From Lama glama (taxonomy: Eukaryota): a DNA stretch of 64,000 bases. The translations under genes were made by a program, and so were the position numbers. Where the stretch lies: positions 27,468,001 through 27,532,000 of the forward strand of contig CM052817.1 of assembly GCA_028534125.1 (NCBI GenBank), written 5' to 3'. Below the pieces are notes generated by a model. The model was not told where the DNA came from. It saw only the letters and a list, made by a program, of their open reading frames with translations, and ran no database searches. The stretch's first letter is position 1. Every line of letters starts with the position of its first letter. Shown here in pieces: positions 25,408 to 37,809 of the stretch.

Positions 25408-26852
25408 CTCCCCTATAAGCTCTTCTAGGTACGGAAGCTAGAGGGATCATTTATATCTATTCTCTACCCAGTGATCTAGACGAGCAAAAGACAAATTCTA
25501 GCGGTGAACCTCAGAGTCCTCCATGCCCCTGCAACCTCTGTGCCCTCACCTCCTACCCATCTCCGCATTATTCTCTCCACTCTAGCCCCTCCAGCCTCCT
25601 TACTGCTCCTGCTACCTCCTCGGGGCCTTTGCACTTGCTGTTCCTCTGTCTGGAATGAAGATCCTCCCAGATATCCAAATGGCTCTTTATCTCACTTTCC
25701 TTAGGGTTTTACTCAAACATCACCTTCTCGGTGAAATCATCCCCAACCACCCTACTTCAGTCGCCGCTCTCACACTTCACTTGCACTCCCTAACTCCTTC
25801 TCTACTGTATTTTCCTCCACTGCATTAATCCCATCTGTCACTCCACGTATTTTACTTATTTCTTTTGTGTGTCTCTTCCCACTAACTTGCCAGCTCCATG
25901 TAGGCAGGGACATGTGTCTGCTCTGTTCACTGCTATAAACCTAGTGTCTGGAACAGTGTCTGGCATGAAGGAGTCACTCAATAAATATGTCCTGAACGTT
26001 GGAAACCAGAGGTAGAAAACACCTGAGGAATCGTGCTTCCAAAATGAGAAAAAGCTCTGGTTCTCAGAAGTTTGTCTCAAAGGGAAAATCACTAAAAACT
26101 ACAAGCTCTTTCTCCTATCTGGGATGGGGTAACCATGTTCTCATGGGTACCAAGCTCCTACCTGTCTTCTCTGCATCTTCTGCCAGGGCAAATTGACAAA
26201 GTGGTGCCCTGATAATGCAGGAGGCAAAAATACATGCCGAAACCACATGGGGGCTGCCCAGGAGGAACTCAAGAAGGCAAAGGGCTACATGGTAATAAAG
26301 ACATCTGTCTTGCAGAGTAGAGGAAGTCCATGTCAGAGTTTTATTTTGGCTCTTGGGCAAGTTTAATCTCTCTCATGTTCTTGCCATCTTGAATGCACGT
26401 CTTGTTTACACAGAACTAAAAACAGACTTCACAGTGACTTCCAGCCAGGCTCATCTCTTTCTCTAAGAGCCTTTTCTGCAAACAAAAGTAAACTCCTCAC
26501 AAGGCCAGGATCATGCCTGCCTCCTACAAGCATTTCCCACAGAAAGTCTGAGCACAGCAGGTAGATTGTGTCAGCCTGCCGAGGTGCTCTAAGCCAGCGA
26601 GAAAGATTGCCCAAAGGCAGCAGCAGTGTCTTCCTTCTCTGGGGAGGCTTCAGAATGTGGCGAAATGAGTAGGAACTCTCCAAGGAGGTGATGACGGGCA
26701 GTGGGGAAGAGGGGACTAGGGCAGTTGGAGGTGAGGTAGGACAAGGAACGACATTTACTCCTGATGCCTGAAGGATGCCAGCCATGGAGATGAAGGCTGT
26801 ATCTATGCACTTATCTTATGCCTCCACCTCCTCTTGGGCCTATTGGTTGAGA

Positions 26853-27030
26853 GCAGTAGTGTTCAATGGAGCTTTCTGTGATGTTGGAAATATGCTGTCT
26901 GCATTGTCCAATATGGTAGTCACTAATCACGTGTTGCTGTTGAACAATTGAAATGTAGCTAGTGTGACTGAATTTTTAATTTAATTTAAATAGCCACATA
27001 TGGCTAGCATCTACTATATTGAACAGTGCA
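26853..27030. mobile_element. MER3 hAT-Charlie MITE
   Basis: 'ctttctgtgatgttggaaat...tgtccaatatggtagtcact...aaatagccacatatggctag'. Confidence 0.8.
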
Positions 27031-27044
27031 AATCTAGAGCAGAA

Positions 27045-27260
27045 AAAGGCCTTCAGAGTCAAACAAACCTGGGTTCGAATCCTGGCTTTGCTCTTCACTA
27101 GCTGTGTGACCTTGGACAAGTCACTCAATCTCCAGAAGCTCCTGTTTTACCAATATATAAAACAGCACTAGTGAGACTTCCTTCATCAGATTGTCGTGAG
27201 GATGAAATAAGCTAGTGTATGAAAAGCACTTGACACGTGGCTGCTCCATATACACAGTTA
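27045..27260 (+). mobile_element. MIR SINE
   Basis: 'cctgggttcgaatcctggctttgc...ctagctgtgtgaccttggacaagtcact...gtgaggatgaaat'. Confidence 0.88.
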
Positions 27261-27367
27261 ACCTTCCGATGCAATTTGAATTAAATGTTGATTAAACTTC
27301 TTTCTCATGATGAGATTTTTTTTAATTAAAAAAATTCTTCCAAACTTAGCTCCACCAATATGTAGAC

Positions 27368-27589
27368 CAGTGATTCTGAACCAGGGGTAATTTTGTTCCT
27401 TCCAGGACATTTGGAGACGTCTGGAGATATCTTGGATTGCTACAAGTGGGAAACACTACCGGAACCAAATGGATAGAGACCAAGGATTTTCTTAAACATT
27501 TTGAAGTGCCTTAGACAGCTTCCCCCACCCACTCTTAACAATTAATTGTCTGCTCAAAATAGCAACAGTGCCAAGACTAAGAAACTCTG
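27368..27589. mobile_element. MER20 hAT-Charlie MITE
   Basis: 'cagtgattctgaaccaggggtaattttg...ggacatttggagacgtctggaga...cagtgccaagactaagaaactctg'. Confidence 0.82.
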
Positions 27590-27879
27590 ATGTGGATGCA
27601 CCCTAAGAATGAGCTCACTGAAATATAAAGCCATTTACAGATCTCACCTCATTATTCCCTAAAGCCTTCTCTCTACTCCAAACTCTTCCCCTACCCTTCA
27701 CCAACTATCCTCCAAATTTTTTCTTTTATTGAACGCCCCATAAACATGGCAAATTCTCAAAGGAATGTATACAGAGTCATGTTCACTGAGGCAAATTTCA
27801 CTTCAATGAATGAGGTCACAGTCAAGACCTGCCCCACCATCACATTTACTGATCTCTCTGCCGGGTTTCCCCACCCACC

Positions 27880-28190
27880 CCCCTCCCAGATGTCTTCATG
27901 GCTTGCTTCATCACTCCCTAATGCTGGAATGTTCGTGAACCTCATCTGTTCGACTGTAATTTCCCTCAGAGGCCTTCCCTGGTCATCCTTTCAAAAACAG
28001 CCTGGCCCTGTCATTCTCTAGCCGCTGCTTTATTTGTTTCTCAGAGCACCTGACGTCACACTCCATGCTTATGTGCTTAGAGTGGCAGGTGCTCAGAGCA
28101 AGGATTCGGGTCTTCAAAATTGTATCCCCAGGGCCCGGAGCTGTGCCCGACACATAGTTACTGCTTAGAAAATGTTTGTGGAATAAATGG
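27880..28190 (+). mobile_element. L2 3' end fragment
   Basis: 'ccctcagaggccttccctg' and 'tgtatccccaggg...gtgcccgacacatag...aaatgtttgtggaataaatg'. Confidence 0.65.
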
Positions 28191-28489
28191 AAAAAAATTC
28201 CTAGCCAGGTATAACGACATCCATATTTCAAGTAATATTCAGTGCAATGATTTCCTCAAGTGTAGAAGAGTATTTAAGTCTCTTGGAGGTCTGAATAACA
28301 GGACCTGAACTTTGGCAGAAAGTAACATGAAAGAGACAGAGACAGAGAGAATGGAGCCAGGTCTAAGGCTTTGCGGCGCTGGTTCTGGTTCTGACCCTTA
28401 CGCTCATGTGTGCGTGTGTGTGTGTGAATGCGGGGAAGAGAGGGAAGGAGATTTTTGAAAAAGCCAGATTTTAGGCTTGTTTGCATATA

Positions 28490-28710
28490 GCTACCAGTTA
28501 TTGAGCATCTTGCTTCCTGGCAATACGCTTTGAGTTTCAGCAAACTGTCTTATTTAATTCAATCCTCTTCACCGCCTCTTACGGTAGGAACTGTCACCTC
28601 ATTTTACACATGAGGTCAAGGCCTCATGAAGCAAAGCAACTTGTTCCAAGACACACAGCTAGCAAGTTGTGGGACTGGAGTCAGAACCCTGTGACTCTAA
28701 ATCCTGTCCT
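28490..28710 (-). mobile_element. MIR SINE
   Basis: 'ctcattttacacatgaggtc...caacttgttccaagacacacagctag'. Confidence 0.72.
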
Positions 28711-29820
28711 AAATATCTCATCACTGTGCAAACACCAGCTCCAGCATGTAGCTGAACTGGGGGGAAATTTGCAAAAGACAAGGAACCATCCCCACTGCAG
28801 CAAAATGGGTTTTTTGCTTTTTGTTCCCTTTTTTTGTTTGTTTTGTTTTGAAGTACAAAGTGTTCTCTGACGATTAATTCTTCTAGCCATCCCAATTTTA
28901 CAGAATCATACAAAGAAACTTGGACAATTTAATCAAAATTGGCTTTTAAATAGTACAATGTACTTTTTTAATTAATCATTTTACAGACTGCTTCCAATGT
29001 TGGAGAAACTCGGCCAAATAAACGGGATCTCCTCCCAGTCGGGAACTGCTCCCTGGAAGGAGAGAACATCTTACTCCCTTTGGGCCCCCCTGGGTGGCCC
29101 AGGCCCTGACACAGAGCAGGAGCTCAGCCAGCAGCCGGCTCATGATCCCGAGGGAAACGTTTGCTCAGTGCACCACGAAGCTTGGTGCTGGCTTTCTCCA
29201 CTCTCCCCACCCTTCCATCTTTCAGAGACTGAGGCTGCTGGTCACCCGCCTCTTAGCACCACTGTCCTCCCAGAGGCTTGGTTCAAATTGAGCTGCTCTT
29301 CAAAGCGCAGCTGCCTCTGCTGGGTCGCCACTGCTGCCACCATTTCCTGCTGGTGGTGAGCGATTTAAGCTTCCCTGAGGCCTTGTTTGACCATTTCTTC
29401 AGCCCTACCTCTTCCTGCCGTGATCTCCCGATAGCACTGACTGAGGAAAAGTTGAGTAAAATCTAACCTCTCTTTTTACCACCAAGGCAAAGATTGGTCA
29501 ATATGCAAAATCTCTGCAGAGCTCCTTTGGTTAGGTACATTTCAGGGAGTCCCAACTTGAACTTCTTTTGCCAGAAGTTATAATCTGCATAGACCTCACA
29601 GCTGTCCTTTTGACCCTTCGGTATAACTTCAATGCTATTTCAAGGTCCCTTAATTAGTCGCAATTATTGGACTGATTGCATGATTTTCCACCCACATAAG
29701 GATTCTTAACATCTCTAACTCTCATCTGGAAATCAAAGCATGTCTTCTTTCTACCTAGAAATTATATTCATATTATTCCTTGTATTGTGAAGGTACTTTG
29801 TACTTTTCAAAAGTGTTTTC

Positions 29821-29964
29821 CTTTTTATTTTTTTATTTATTTTATTTGAGGGGAAATGTAATTAGGTTTTTATTTATTTATCTTTAATAGAAGTACTTGG
29901 GATTGAACCCAGGACCTTGTGCATGCTAGGCATGCACTCTGCCACTGAGTTATACCCTCCTTCC
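29821..29964 (-). mobile_element. tRNA-derived SINE (Vic-1-type)
   Basis: 'gggattgaacccaggaccttgtgcatgctag...ccactgagttataccc'. TSD tcaaaagtgttttc (29807-29820) / tcaaaactgttttc (29965-29978). Confidence 0.9.
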
Positions 29965-30397
29965 TCAAAACTGTTTTCTTATGCTGATCTCAATAATAAG
30001 GCAGACAAAGACTGTAAGCTTCCCAAAGGCAGGGACCATCTCTGTCTTATTCATCACAGAGTAGGTACTTCAAATATGTTTGCTGAATGAGTGATTCATC
30101 CTAGAGTAGAAGCCAGAAGTCTTAGTTCTAACGTGCTGGCTTAGGCTATAAACAAGAAATAGATTGCAAGCCACATACTATTTAAAACTTTCTAGTAGCC
30201 ACATTTTTTTAAGTTAAAAAAAGAAATGTAAATAAATTTTAATAATATTTTAGTTAAATTAATATTTCCCAAATATTAGCTTCCTCTCATATAATAGAAA
30301 AATTATTACTAAGATATTTACATCCTTCATACAAGTCTTTGTAATTCAGGGTCTGTTTTATAGAACAACACATCTCAATTTAGATTAACCACACTTT

Positions 30398-31623
30398 TAA
30401 AAAGTAGACTTTATAGAGCAGTTTTAGGTTCGTAGCAAAATCAAGTAGAAGTTCTGAAGATTTCTCATATAACTCTTGGTCCCCCACACACAGCCTCCCC
30501 TACTTTCATCATCCCACACCAGAGAGGTACATTTGCTAGACTCGATAAACCTACAATGACATGTCATTACCATCCAAAGTCCAGAGTTTCCACTGGGGTT
30601 CACTCTTGGTGTTGTACATTCTATGGGATTTTGACAAATACATAGTGACATGTATCCACCATGACGGTCTCATACAGACTAGTTTCACAACCTTCAAAAT
30701 CCTCTGTGCTCTGTCTATTCATCCCTGCCTCCTTGCTAACCCCTAGAAACCACTGATCTATTTACTATCTCCATAGTTTTGCCTTTTCCAGAATATATCA
30801 TATGGTTGGAATCATACAGTATGGAACCTTTTCAAATTGGCTTTTTCGCTTAGTAATATGCATTTAAGTTTCTTCCACATCTTTTCATATCTTAGTAGCT
30901 CATTTCTTCTTAGCACTGAATAATATTTCATTGTTTGGACATTCCACAGTTTATCCATTCACCTAATGAAGGGCATCTTGGTTGCTTCTATGTTTGAGCA
31001 ATTATGAATAAAGCTGCTATAAATGTTTGTACAGATTTTTTGGATGCAAGCTTTCAACTCATGTGGGTGAATACCAAGAAACACAATTGTAAGAAACTAA
31101 CAAAACTGTCTTCCTAAAGTGTCTGTGCTATTGTTTTTCATTCCCACCAGCAATAAATGAGAGCTCCTGTTGCTCTACATCCTCATCAGAATTTGGTGTC
31201 GTCAGTGTTTTGAATTTTAACCATTTTAATAGACATGTAGTTGTATCTCATTGCTGTTTTAATTTGCAGTTACCTAATGACATGATGTTAAACAACTTTT
31301 CATATGCTTATTTGTCTTCTGTATATCTTCTCTGGTGATGTGTCTGATCGTGTCTTTTGCTCATTTTTTAATTGGGTTGTTTATTTTATTATTGTTGAGT
31401 TTTAAGAGTTCTCTGTATATTTTGAATAACAGTCCTTTATGCAGATATGCCTCTTGTGGAGAAGGATACAGCTCAGTGGCAGAGCGCATGCTTAGCATGC
31501 ATGAGGTCCTGGGTTCAATCTCCAGTACCTACACTGGAAAAAAAAAATCCTGTAAAATACACAGATAGGCCTTTTGCAAATATTTTCTCCTGGTCTGTGG
31601 CTTGTCTTCTCATTTTCTTGATG
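30398..31623 (-). mobile_element. Old L1 (L1MB-like) 3' portion
   Basis: 'tagagcagttttaggttc', 'gggttcactcttggtgttgtacattctatggg' and 'cattcccaccagcaa...tttgcaaatattttctcc'. Confidence 0.88.
31457..31561 (+). mobile_element. tRNA-derived SINE (Vic-1-type, short tail) inside L1
   Basis: 'cagctcagtggcagagcgcatgcttagcatgcatgaggtcctgggttcaatc'. TSD cagatatgcctcttg / cagataggccttttg. Confidence 0.88.
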
Positions 31624-31979
31624 GACTAGCCACATTTCCAGGGCTCACTAGCACTCAATAATAATAGTACTCAATACTCCAAGTAGCTACTGGACTGTAT
31701 TGGACAGCACAGCTTTCAGTAGATTACCCTAGTGATGGGATGCAGTCACTTAATCTGAGATGGGCCATCCAAGAAGAAACAGAAAGTTGGAGCTGAGAGT
31801 TTCAGGCAGAATTTACAGACTTGAGAGCAATCAGCAATTCTACCCAGCTGATGTGTGTGAGAGTATGAGACCACTCAAGGAGAGAGTATTTTTGACTGTG
31901 AAGAGAATTAATTTCTGAATAAACCATCTAGCAAACATCTTCACTTGCGATGATGGGGAATAGTCTCACATTCAGAATA

Positions 31980-33170
31980 TCCTCAACTCAATTCATTATT
32001 TCCCCTCTACCCCAAATCTTCTTACTCACTTACAAACTTGTGCAGGCTGGAAATCCAGAAGTCATCTTCAACTCTTCCTTTAGCCTCCTGTACCTCTCTA
32101 TGGCCAACTCCTCCCGGTGATTCTATATCCTAAATTGCTCTTGCATCTGCCCCCTTTTGTCATCCTCATTTCATCATCTCTCACCTGGACCACTGCCATA
32201 GTTCCCTAACTGGCCTCTCTGTCTCCAGTCAGGCCTCGCTCCAATATACTCTGCACACTGATGTCACAGTGATCATTTAAAAGGTAAATCTGATCATGTC
32301 ACTCCTGACTTAAATCCTTCAGTGATTCCCCATTACATTCATAATAAAGTCTAACTTCAACAAGGCAGACAAGGCTTTCATGCGTACTCTCCAGCTGTGT
32401 GCATGTGCACCTGGGCTCCAACAACAGCAGTGCTTACCAAGTCCCCAGTTGTTCTCTCTCACCCTCTTGTTGTTCTCACCTCTTTGCCTTTGTACATGTG
32501 CTCTGCATTGAATGTCTGTGACCCCCTCACGTTCTTATGTTGAAGCCCTACTCCTCAATGTCATAATATTTGGAGGTGAGACCTTTGGGAGGGGATTCGA
32601 CTGGATGCGTCATGAGGGTAGAGGCCCCAGGATGGGATTAGTGCCCTTATAAGAAGACGTAAAGACCAGAAACATCTCTCTCTCCACCATGTGAGGATAT
32701 AACAAGAAGGTGAGCATGTGCAAACCAGGAACTCTGAGTCTGCTGGCAGCTTCATCTTGGGCTTCCCAGCCTCCAGAACCAAGAGAAATAAATGTTTGCT
32801 GTTTAGGCTATCCAGTCTACAACGTTTGTTATGGCAGCCCAAACTGACTAAATCATGTTTCCCTCTGCCTTCACTCCACACCCCCTCTCTCTACCCTCCT
32901 TCCCTACCTGGGTAACAGCCTTTTCCTTTAAGACTCAGCACAGTGTCTCCTGTTGTAAGTGTCTGTCTGTCTCTGTTTTCCTGTGCTAAGCTAGGAATGC
33001 CTCCTCTCCTCTCTCACATCACTGTGTACATACCTTCCATATATTGGTAAGTGCTGTATATTCATCTGTCTGGCCACCTAGACGGTGAACTCCCTGAGGT
33101 CATCTCCGTATCCTCAGAAATTTGCCCAGTGTTTGGTAGAAAGTACCTGATACATTTTACGAAATAAAGA
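31980..33170 (+). mobile_element. L2 LINE fragment interrupted by an MLT1A-like LTR
   Basis: 'catcatctctcacctggac...cctaactggcctc' and 'aaatctgatcatgtcactcctg'. Confidence 0.75.
32499..32855 (+). mobile_element. MaLR solo LTR (MLT1A0-like)
   Basis: 'tatgttgaagcccta...atgggattagtgcccttataagaaga...cttcccagcctccagaac...gaaataaatgtttgctg...gcagcccaaactgactaa'. Confidence 0.88.
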
Positions 33171-34024
33171 GCAGCAGAAGTGCCAGCCCAGTACCCTGAG
33201 AAGGATTGGGCAAGGCTATCTCATAATCTTACCCAAGGAATGTCTTCAGGGTTAAACTGTTGGGGGAAAGGAGGAAGTGGCCCAAGAAGTATTGGAGGAA
33301 AGAAATATTCAAGGCTAAGTGGTAATGGTTAGAATTCTTTATGGCTTTATTATGACTTAATGACCATATTAGAAAGATCATAGTTAAGGAATTAACACCC
33401 ACCATCAAACAAACCCTGTAGAATTCCTTGCTCATTCCTGTGTACATTTCCACATCCTGTTGTCCCTTCATCTGCCGTTCCAGAATGGACTCCCACAGAC
33501 TTCTAGTGGGTCTTCTGCCTCGCTTGGTCAACCTCGGATTTTGATGTAGGGCAGGCCTTCATTGAACTCTTGAGTCCGCAGTAAATTCCCTCCCTGAGGC
33601 GTCAGAAACAGAATGTCTTATTTTGGTGGGAACCTAGAGAATTCTCTAGAATCAAGGGAAGCCTTCCTGTGGAGAATTTCTCTCATCCACCCTGGGCAGC
33701 AGGGTAAGAGAATCAAAACAAATATTTTGGACTGACTGGGTAGAGATTTGGCTTTCAGCCAGCATCAGAGGAAATTCAAGAAGGAAATTATGGGGTTGAA
33801 ATGAGCAGACAGGAATCTCTCTGATGTGGTTGCATGTCACACAGGACTTCCTGGTTGTCACCAGGTAATGACCTCTGCCCAGGGAAGGCTTCCTCTCTCT
33901 GCAGCTTCCTGACACCCACCTCCCTCCCTCCCGCATGGCCTTACCAGTATCAGCAATGGTTCCTGGGTTCACTGTCTGCTGCTCTCCAGGAAAGGAATCT
34001 TGCTCCCTCTATTTGGAGGGGAAG

Positions 34025-34144
34025 CAAAGTATTGAGAACTTGGGCACTGGCGTCAGACAGAACTGAGTTTGAATCCTGGTTCTGCCAGTTACTAACTAGG
34101 ATCTTAGGCAAAATATTTGAGCTTCGTGCACCTCAGTTTCCTCA
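34025..34144 (+). mobile_element. MIR SINE 5' part (remainder resumes at ~35100-35190)
   Basis: 'gtttgaatcctggttctgcca...gcacctcagtttcctcat'. Confidence 0.75.
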
Positions 34145-34565
34145 TGTAAGTTTCCCAAGGCTATAGTAACACATTACCACAAACTTGGCGGCTTCAAATA
34201 AAAAACATTCAGTCTCTCACAATTCTGGAGGGTAGAAGCTGGAAATCAGTGTCCGTGGACTAAAATCAAGGTGTCGGCAGGGCTGCACTCCCTCTGGAGG
34301 CTCCACGGGAGAATTTTCTTGCCTCTTCCAGCTTCCAGTGGCTGCGGGCATTCCTTGTCCTGTTGACTTGTGATCACATCACTCCAGTCTCTGCCACGGC
34401 GGTCACACTGTCTTCTGTGCATATCAGATCTCCCTCCACCTCATCACATGAATAATACCTGAGGACAAATATGATGGCATGTGGGGCCCAACCAATAATC
34501 TGGGATAATCTCCCATCTCAATAACTTTAACTTAATCACAACTGCAAAGACCCTTCTCCACACAT
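34145..34565 (-). mobile_element. MaLR LTR (MLT1C-like)
   Basis: 'taccacaaacttggcggctt...tctctcacaattctggagg...atcaaggtgtcggcagggctg...ttgcctcttccagcttccagtggc'. Confidence 0.85.
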
Positions 34566-34599
34566 TCCTCAACTGTTGAAATGTGAATGCTAATTGTTT

Positions 34600-35090
34600 T
34601 TGTTTGATTTCCCCTCCTAGAAATCAAGACGAGACCAAGGACTTAGGCAAGTGGTATTTTGGGGGAAGTGATCTCAGGGAACAAGACGGGGAACCAGGAA
34701 GAGTGAAACAGGCAGGGGGGAAAATCAGTGTAAGCACACACAGTATTGAGCTGGCCCCTGCGGCGGCTGGGGCTCCATCCTGCTGGGACCCTCTGAGGAA
34801 CTGTGTAGACCTCAGAACTGTCCTCTTGACAGAAGAGGGAGCACTTATCCACCATCACCTATCTCACATTAACTCCCTCACACGCCCATCTCTGAGTTCC
34901 CATCAGAATGGCTGAGCAGTTCCGCACGGGGAGTTCTTGGTGGCAGCAGTGAAGCCCCAGGGCAGAAAGTGAGAGGCAAGCAGTGAAGCTGAAACAAGGT
35001 ACTGCCAGGTTATACCTGTAGGAAACCGGTTGTCATGGCAACAGCTGGGCCAAAAAGATGAGTCAAGAAGATACGAGCTGAGACATACAA
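34600..35090. mobile_element. Old MaLR/ERVL LTR-like segment
   Basis: 'gagaccaaggacttaggcaagtggtatttt gggggaagtgatctcaggg' resembles old MLT1-type LTRs. Confidence 0.45.
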
Positions 35091-35286
35091 TGGTCCTGTA
35101 TATTTTAGGTTGTTAGAAGGATTAAACACAGCAACGCGTGTATCTAACACATAAACACAAAAAAACCACTAGCAACTTTTCTGGTTGCTGTTATTACTAA
35201 TATCTGTTCTTATATCACTTGCCTACCATGGTGCCTACCTAGCACATGGGCAACTCTCAATAAATCTTTGCTGGCTGGCTATATGG

Positions 35287-35359
35287 ATAGAAGGAAGGGA
35301 GGAAGGGAGGGAGGGAGGAAGGAAGAGAGGGAGGAAGGAAGGAAGGGAGGAAGGAAGGA
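35287..35359. repeat. (GGAA)n/(GGGA)n purine tract
   Basis: Direct. Confidence 0.93.
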
Positions 35360-36339
35360 CAAACATACCAATTCACGCTTTGAAAAAATACTTAAATATT
35401 TTCTCAGAAGAAAAAAAACATAAGTTTCTCTCTGATTAATAAATCAAGTAGTCTGATGTGGGTGACTTTGAGGCACCAAGTGAATATGAAAAAACACGGG
35501 GCTAGCACCCAAGATTAATGCTCTTTTAACCTAACTTGTTAATTTTTTTTTCTTTCACTACAACCAAAGTTAAAAGAGACTTCTTCAGTTCACTTAGAGT
35601 TTTCATTGCCCTGGGCAGTTTTGAGATTCAGATCTCAGCTATTTGACTCTGGCTTGAGTAAATTAGAGCCCTCATGGTGTATTGTGCTGGAAGGGACTTA
35701 GCCTTCAATGTGTAGTGAAATAGTCTCTCAAGACCCATGTGAACGCTATGCTTGCCTTAATTCTGAGGTATAGGATTACAGGTGAGCAAGTTTCCAACAG
35801 TCTTTTGGAAGAGAATATACACTTCCTTATGTCACCATCATCATCCTAAACAAACTCTTCGTGCTTCACTGGATGCTTACTGAGAAGCACCCCCTGTACT
35901 AGACGCTAAGAATAAAAGATTCACATCCCTGCCCTCCAAGAATCTTTATTTTATTTGGGGAGATAGTTTAGTTACATAAAAATAAATAATGTTGCTAGGC
36001 AATTTATCACGAAAGCTTATTGAATACTCCTGACGAAACTAAAGTTTAGGACTGCGGGAAGTACTCACAAGTTAATATAGCTCATCAGACCGTCCCGAAG
36101 GAAACAGAACAAGCTTGGGCTTTGAAGGGAGTTTGGGACCTGGATACTTTGGAAGGGGGCAGGGGGCGGTGATTCCAGACAAGAGGAGCCATGTTAGATA
36201 ACAGTTCATGACATCTTAGGGGAACTCAGAGCAGGAACTTTTAGGCAGATGAGCCTGCAAACAGTGGAGGAAAGGGTAAGTCCAAGTGCTCCCCCATTCC
36301 TCACAGCTCCAGGGAGAAATGCTGCTCCCCAGAGCCACT

Positions 36340-36790
36340 GGCCCTGCTCCTGTGGAGCTAAGAGTCTAGTGATGTAGACAATTGCTAATTAAATAATCAT
36401 CCCAATAAATGCAAAATCACAAGTGTGATGAATGCAGAGAGTTTCAAGATGTATAATACGGGGATTACCTAGTCAGAGAGGTTAGGGGAGACCTGAGGAA
36501 GGGACCCTTGAGCTGAGATCTGAGGGGCAGCAGGATGAGTTAGCATCAACCAAGTGAAAACACACAGCAGGGTCATCCCAGACAGAGGGAACAGCCTGTA
36601 CAATGATCTTGTGCTGGAAGAGACTGCTGTTCATTGGAGGAACAAAGAGCAGGCCAGTGAGACTGGGGCAGAGACACCAAGGGGAGCAGAGGGCAGGGTG
36701 AGGTTGGAGAGGCAGACGTGGCCTTGCAGTCCATAACCTGGATTTTGGCCTTAGCTTAAGAGTGATGGGAAGCCATCGGAGACCCAAGTA
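36340..36790 (-). mobile_element. L2 LINE fragment
   Basis: 'gccctgctcctgtggagcta...gtctagt', 'ttgagctgagatctgagg' and 'cccagacagagggaacagcctgtacaa'. Confidence 0.75.
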
Positions 36791-36904
36791 ATGCTGTTCC
36801 TGTAGAGCAACAGTGTTGGCCAGCAGACTGGAGTGGAGTTAGTACAAGTTTTGCTAGTGTTATCAAGCTCATGTATCAGGCTTCATGATAGGGCAATACA
36901 AAGG

Positions 36905-37350
36905 TTTTTCCAAATGACTTAGGCACTAACACTTGGGTGCTGTAACAGAGACCCAGAATAACAGTGACTTCAGTTTATGACCTTCTCTAGAGTGAGCATG
37001 ATGGCTCCACAAGTCAGGGATCAGGTCCCTTCTGTTAAGTTTTTCTCATCCCCATGGTCCAAGATGGCCCATCACCACCATGTTGGCACACCAGCCAGCA
37101 GGAAAGGAGAAAACTGAGCATAGAAGTAGATGATCGTGCTTTTTCAGGGCATAACCTAGAAATCGCACACCCTATTTCAGGTCACATCCCATGGACCAGA
37201 ATTACTTTCTTGGCCTCTCCTAGCTACAAGGGAAGCTGGGAAACCTGGTTTATCTCCTAAGTACCCTGCACCTGTAGCTAAAAATTTTACCACTTCTCCC
37301 ATGGAGGGGAGAATGAATATTGGTGGAAAGTTGGTAGTCTCTGCCACAGG
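36905..37350 (-). mobile_element. MaLR LTR fragment (MLT1J/K-like)
   Basis: 'gctgtaacagagacccagaataacagtgactt' and 'ctagctacaagggaagctgggaaa...gtctctgccaca'. Confidence 0.6.
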
Positions 37351-37539
37351 GCCCTTAACTACCTAGGACAAGGCCAACAAATGCAGATATATATTCATTC
37401 AACGAGCATCTACTGTATGCCATGCACTGTGCCGGGGGGCAGAGGTTATAAAGATGAATGAGATACACTAACTCCCTCAGGTAGCTTACAGTCTAGTGCA
37501 GTGGAACGCAAATTCAGCTTCAGGTTAGAGTCACTGGGG

Positions 37540-37809
37540 AGGTACTAAACCTCTCAGCCCTCAGGTCTCACCTCTTCCCAATTAAATCAGAATCTCTGAG
37601 GATGAAGCCCAATTGTTGATGTGTCTTAAAACTCCTCAGTGGTAGAGCGCATGGCTAGCATGCATGAGGTCCGGGGTTGAATTCCCCAGCACTTCCATTA
37701 AAAAATAAATAAATAAATAAACTGAATTACCTCCCCACCTCCCCCAAAAAAGAAAGGAATAAACTTTAAAAAAAAACCTTCCCAGGGGCTTCCAATGTGC
37801 TCCTGCCAA
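37540..37809. mobile_element. MER5-like MITE interrupted by a SINE
   Basis: 'caattaaatcagaatctctgagg' before the SINE and 'ttcccaggggcttccaatgtgc' after it. Confidence 0.55.
37635..37778 (+). mobile_element. tRNA-derived SINE (Vic-1-type), 5'-truncated
   Basis: Starts at 'ctcagtggtagagcgcatggctagcatgcatgaggtcc' and has a (TAAA)n tail. Confidence 0.85.

Larger units (their letters stand above)
24670..25997 (+). mobile_element. L2 LINE (sense), interrupted by a MaLR LTR
   Basis: 'gcagcctcctaactggtctc', 'gggcctttgcacttgctgttcctctgtctggaatg' and terminal 'cactcaataaatatgtcctgaa'. Confidence 0.85.
30140..31715. mobile_element. MER33 hAT MITE split by an L1 insertion
   Basis: Left part 'ttctagtagccacatt...acatctcaattt'; right part 'gactagccacatttccagggctc...tattggacagcacag'. 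Confidence 0.72.

Noticed and set aside
28997..29466. GC-moderate block with overlapping ORFs, possibly an exon or processed pseudogene
   Set aside because: No recognisable protein in the ORF track or in my partial minus-strand reading, and no poly-A tail or TSD.
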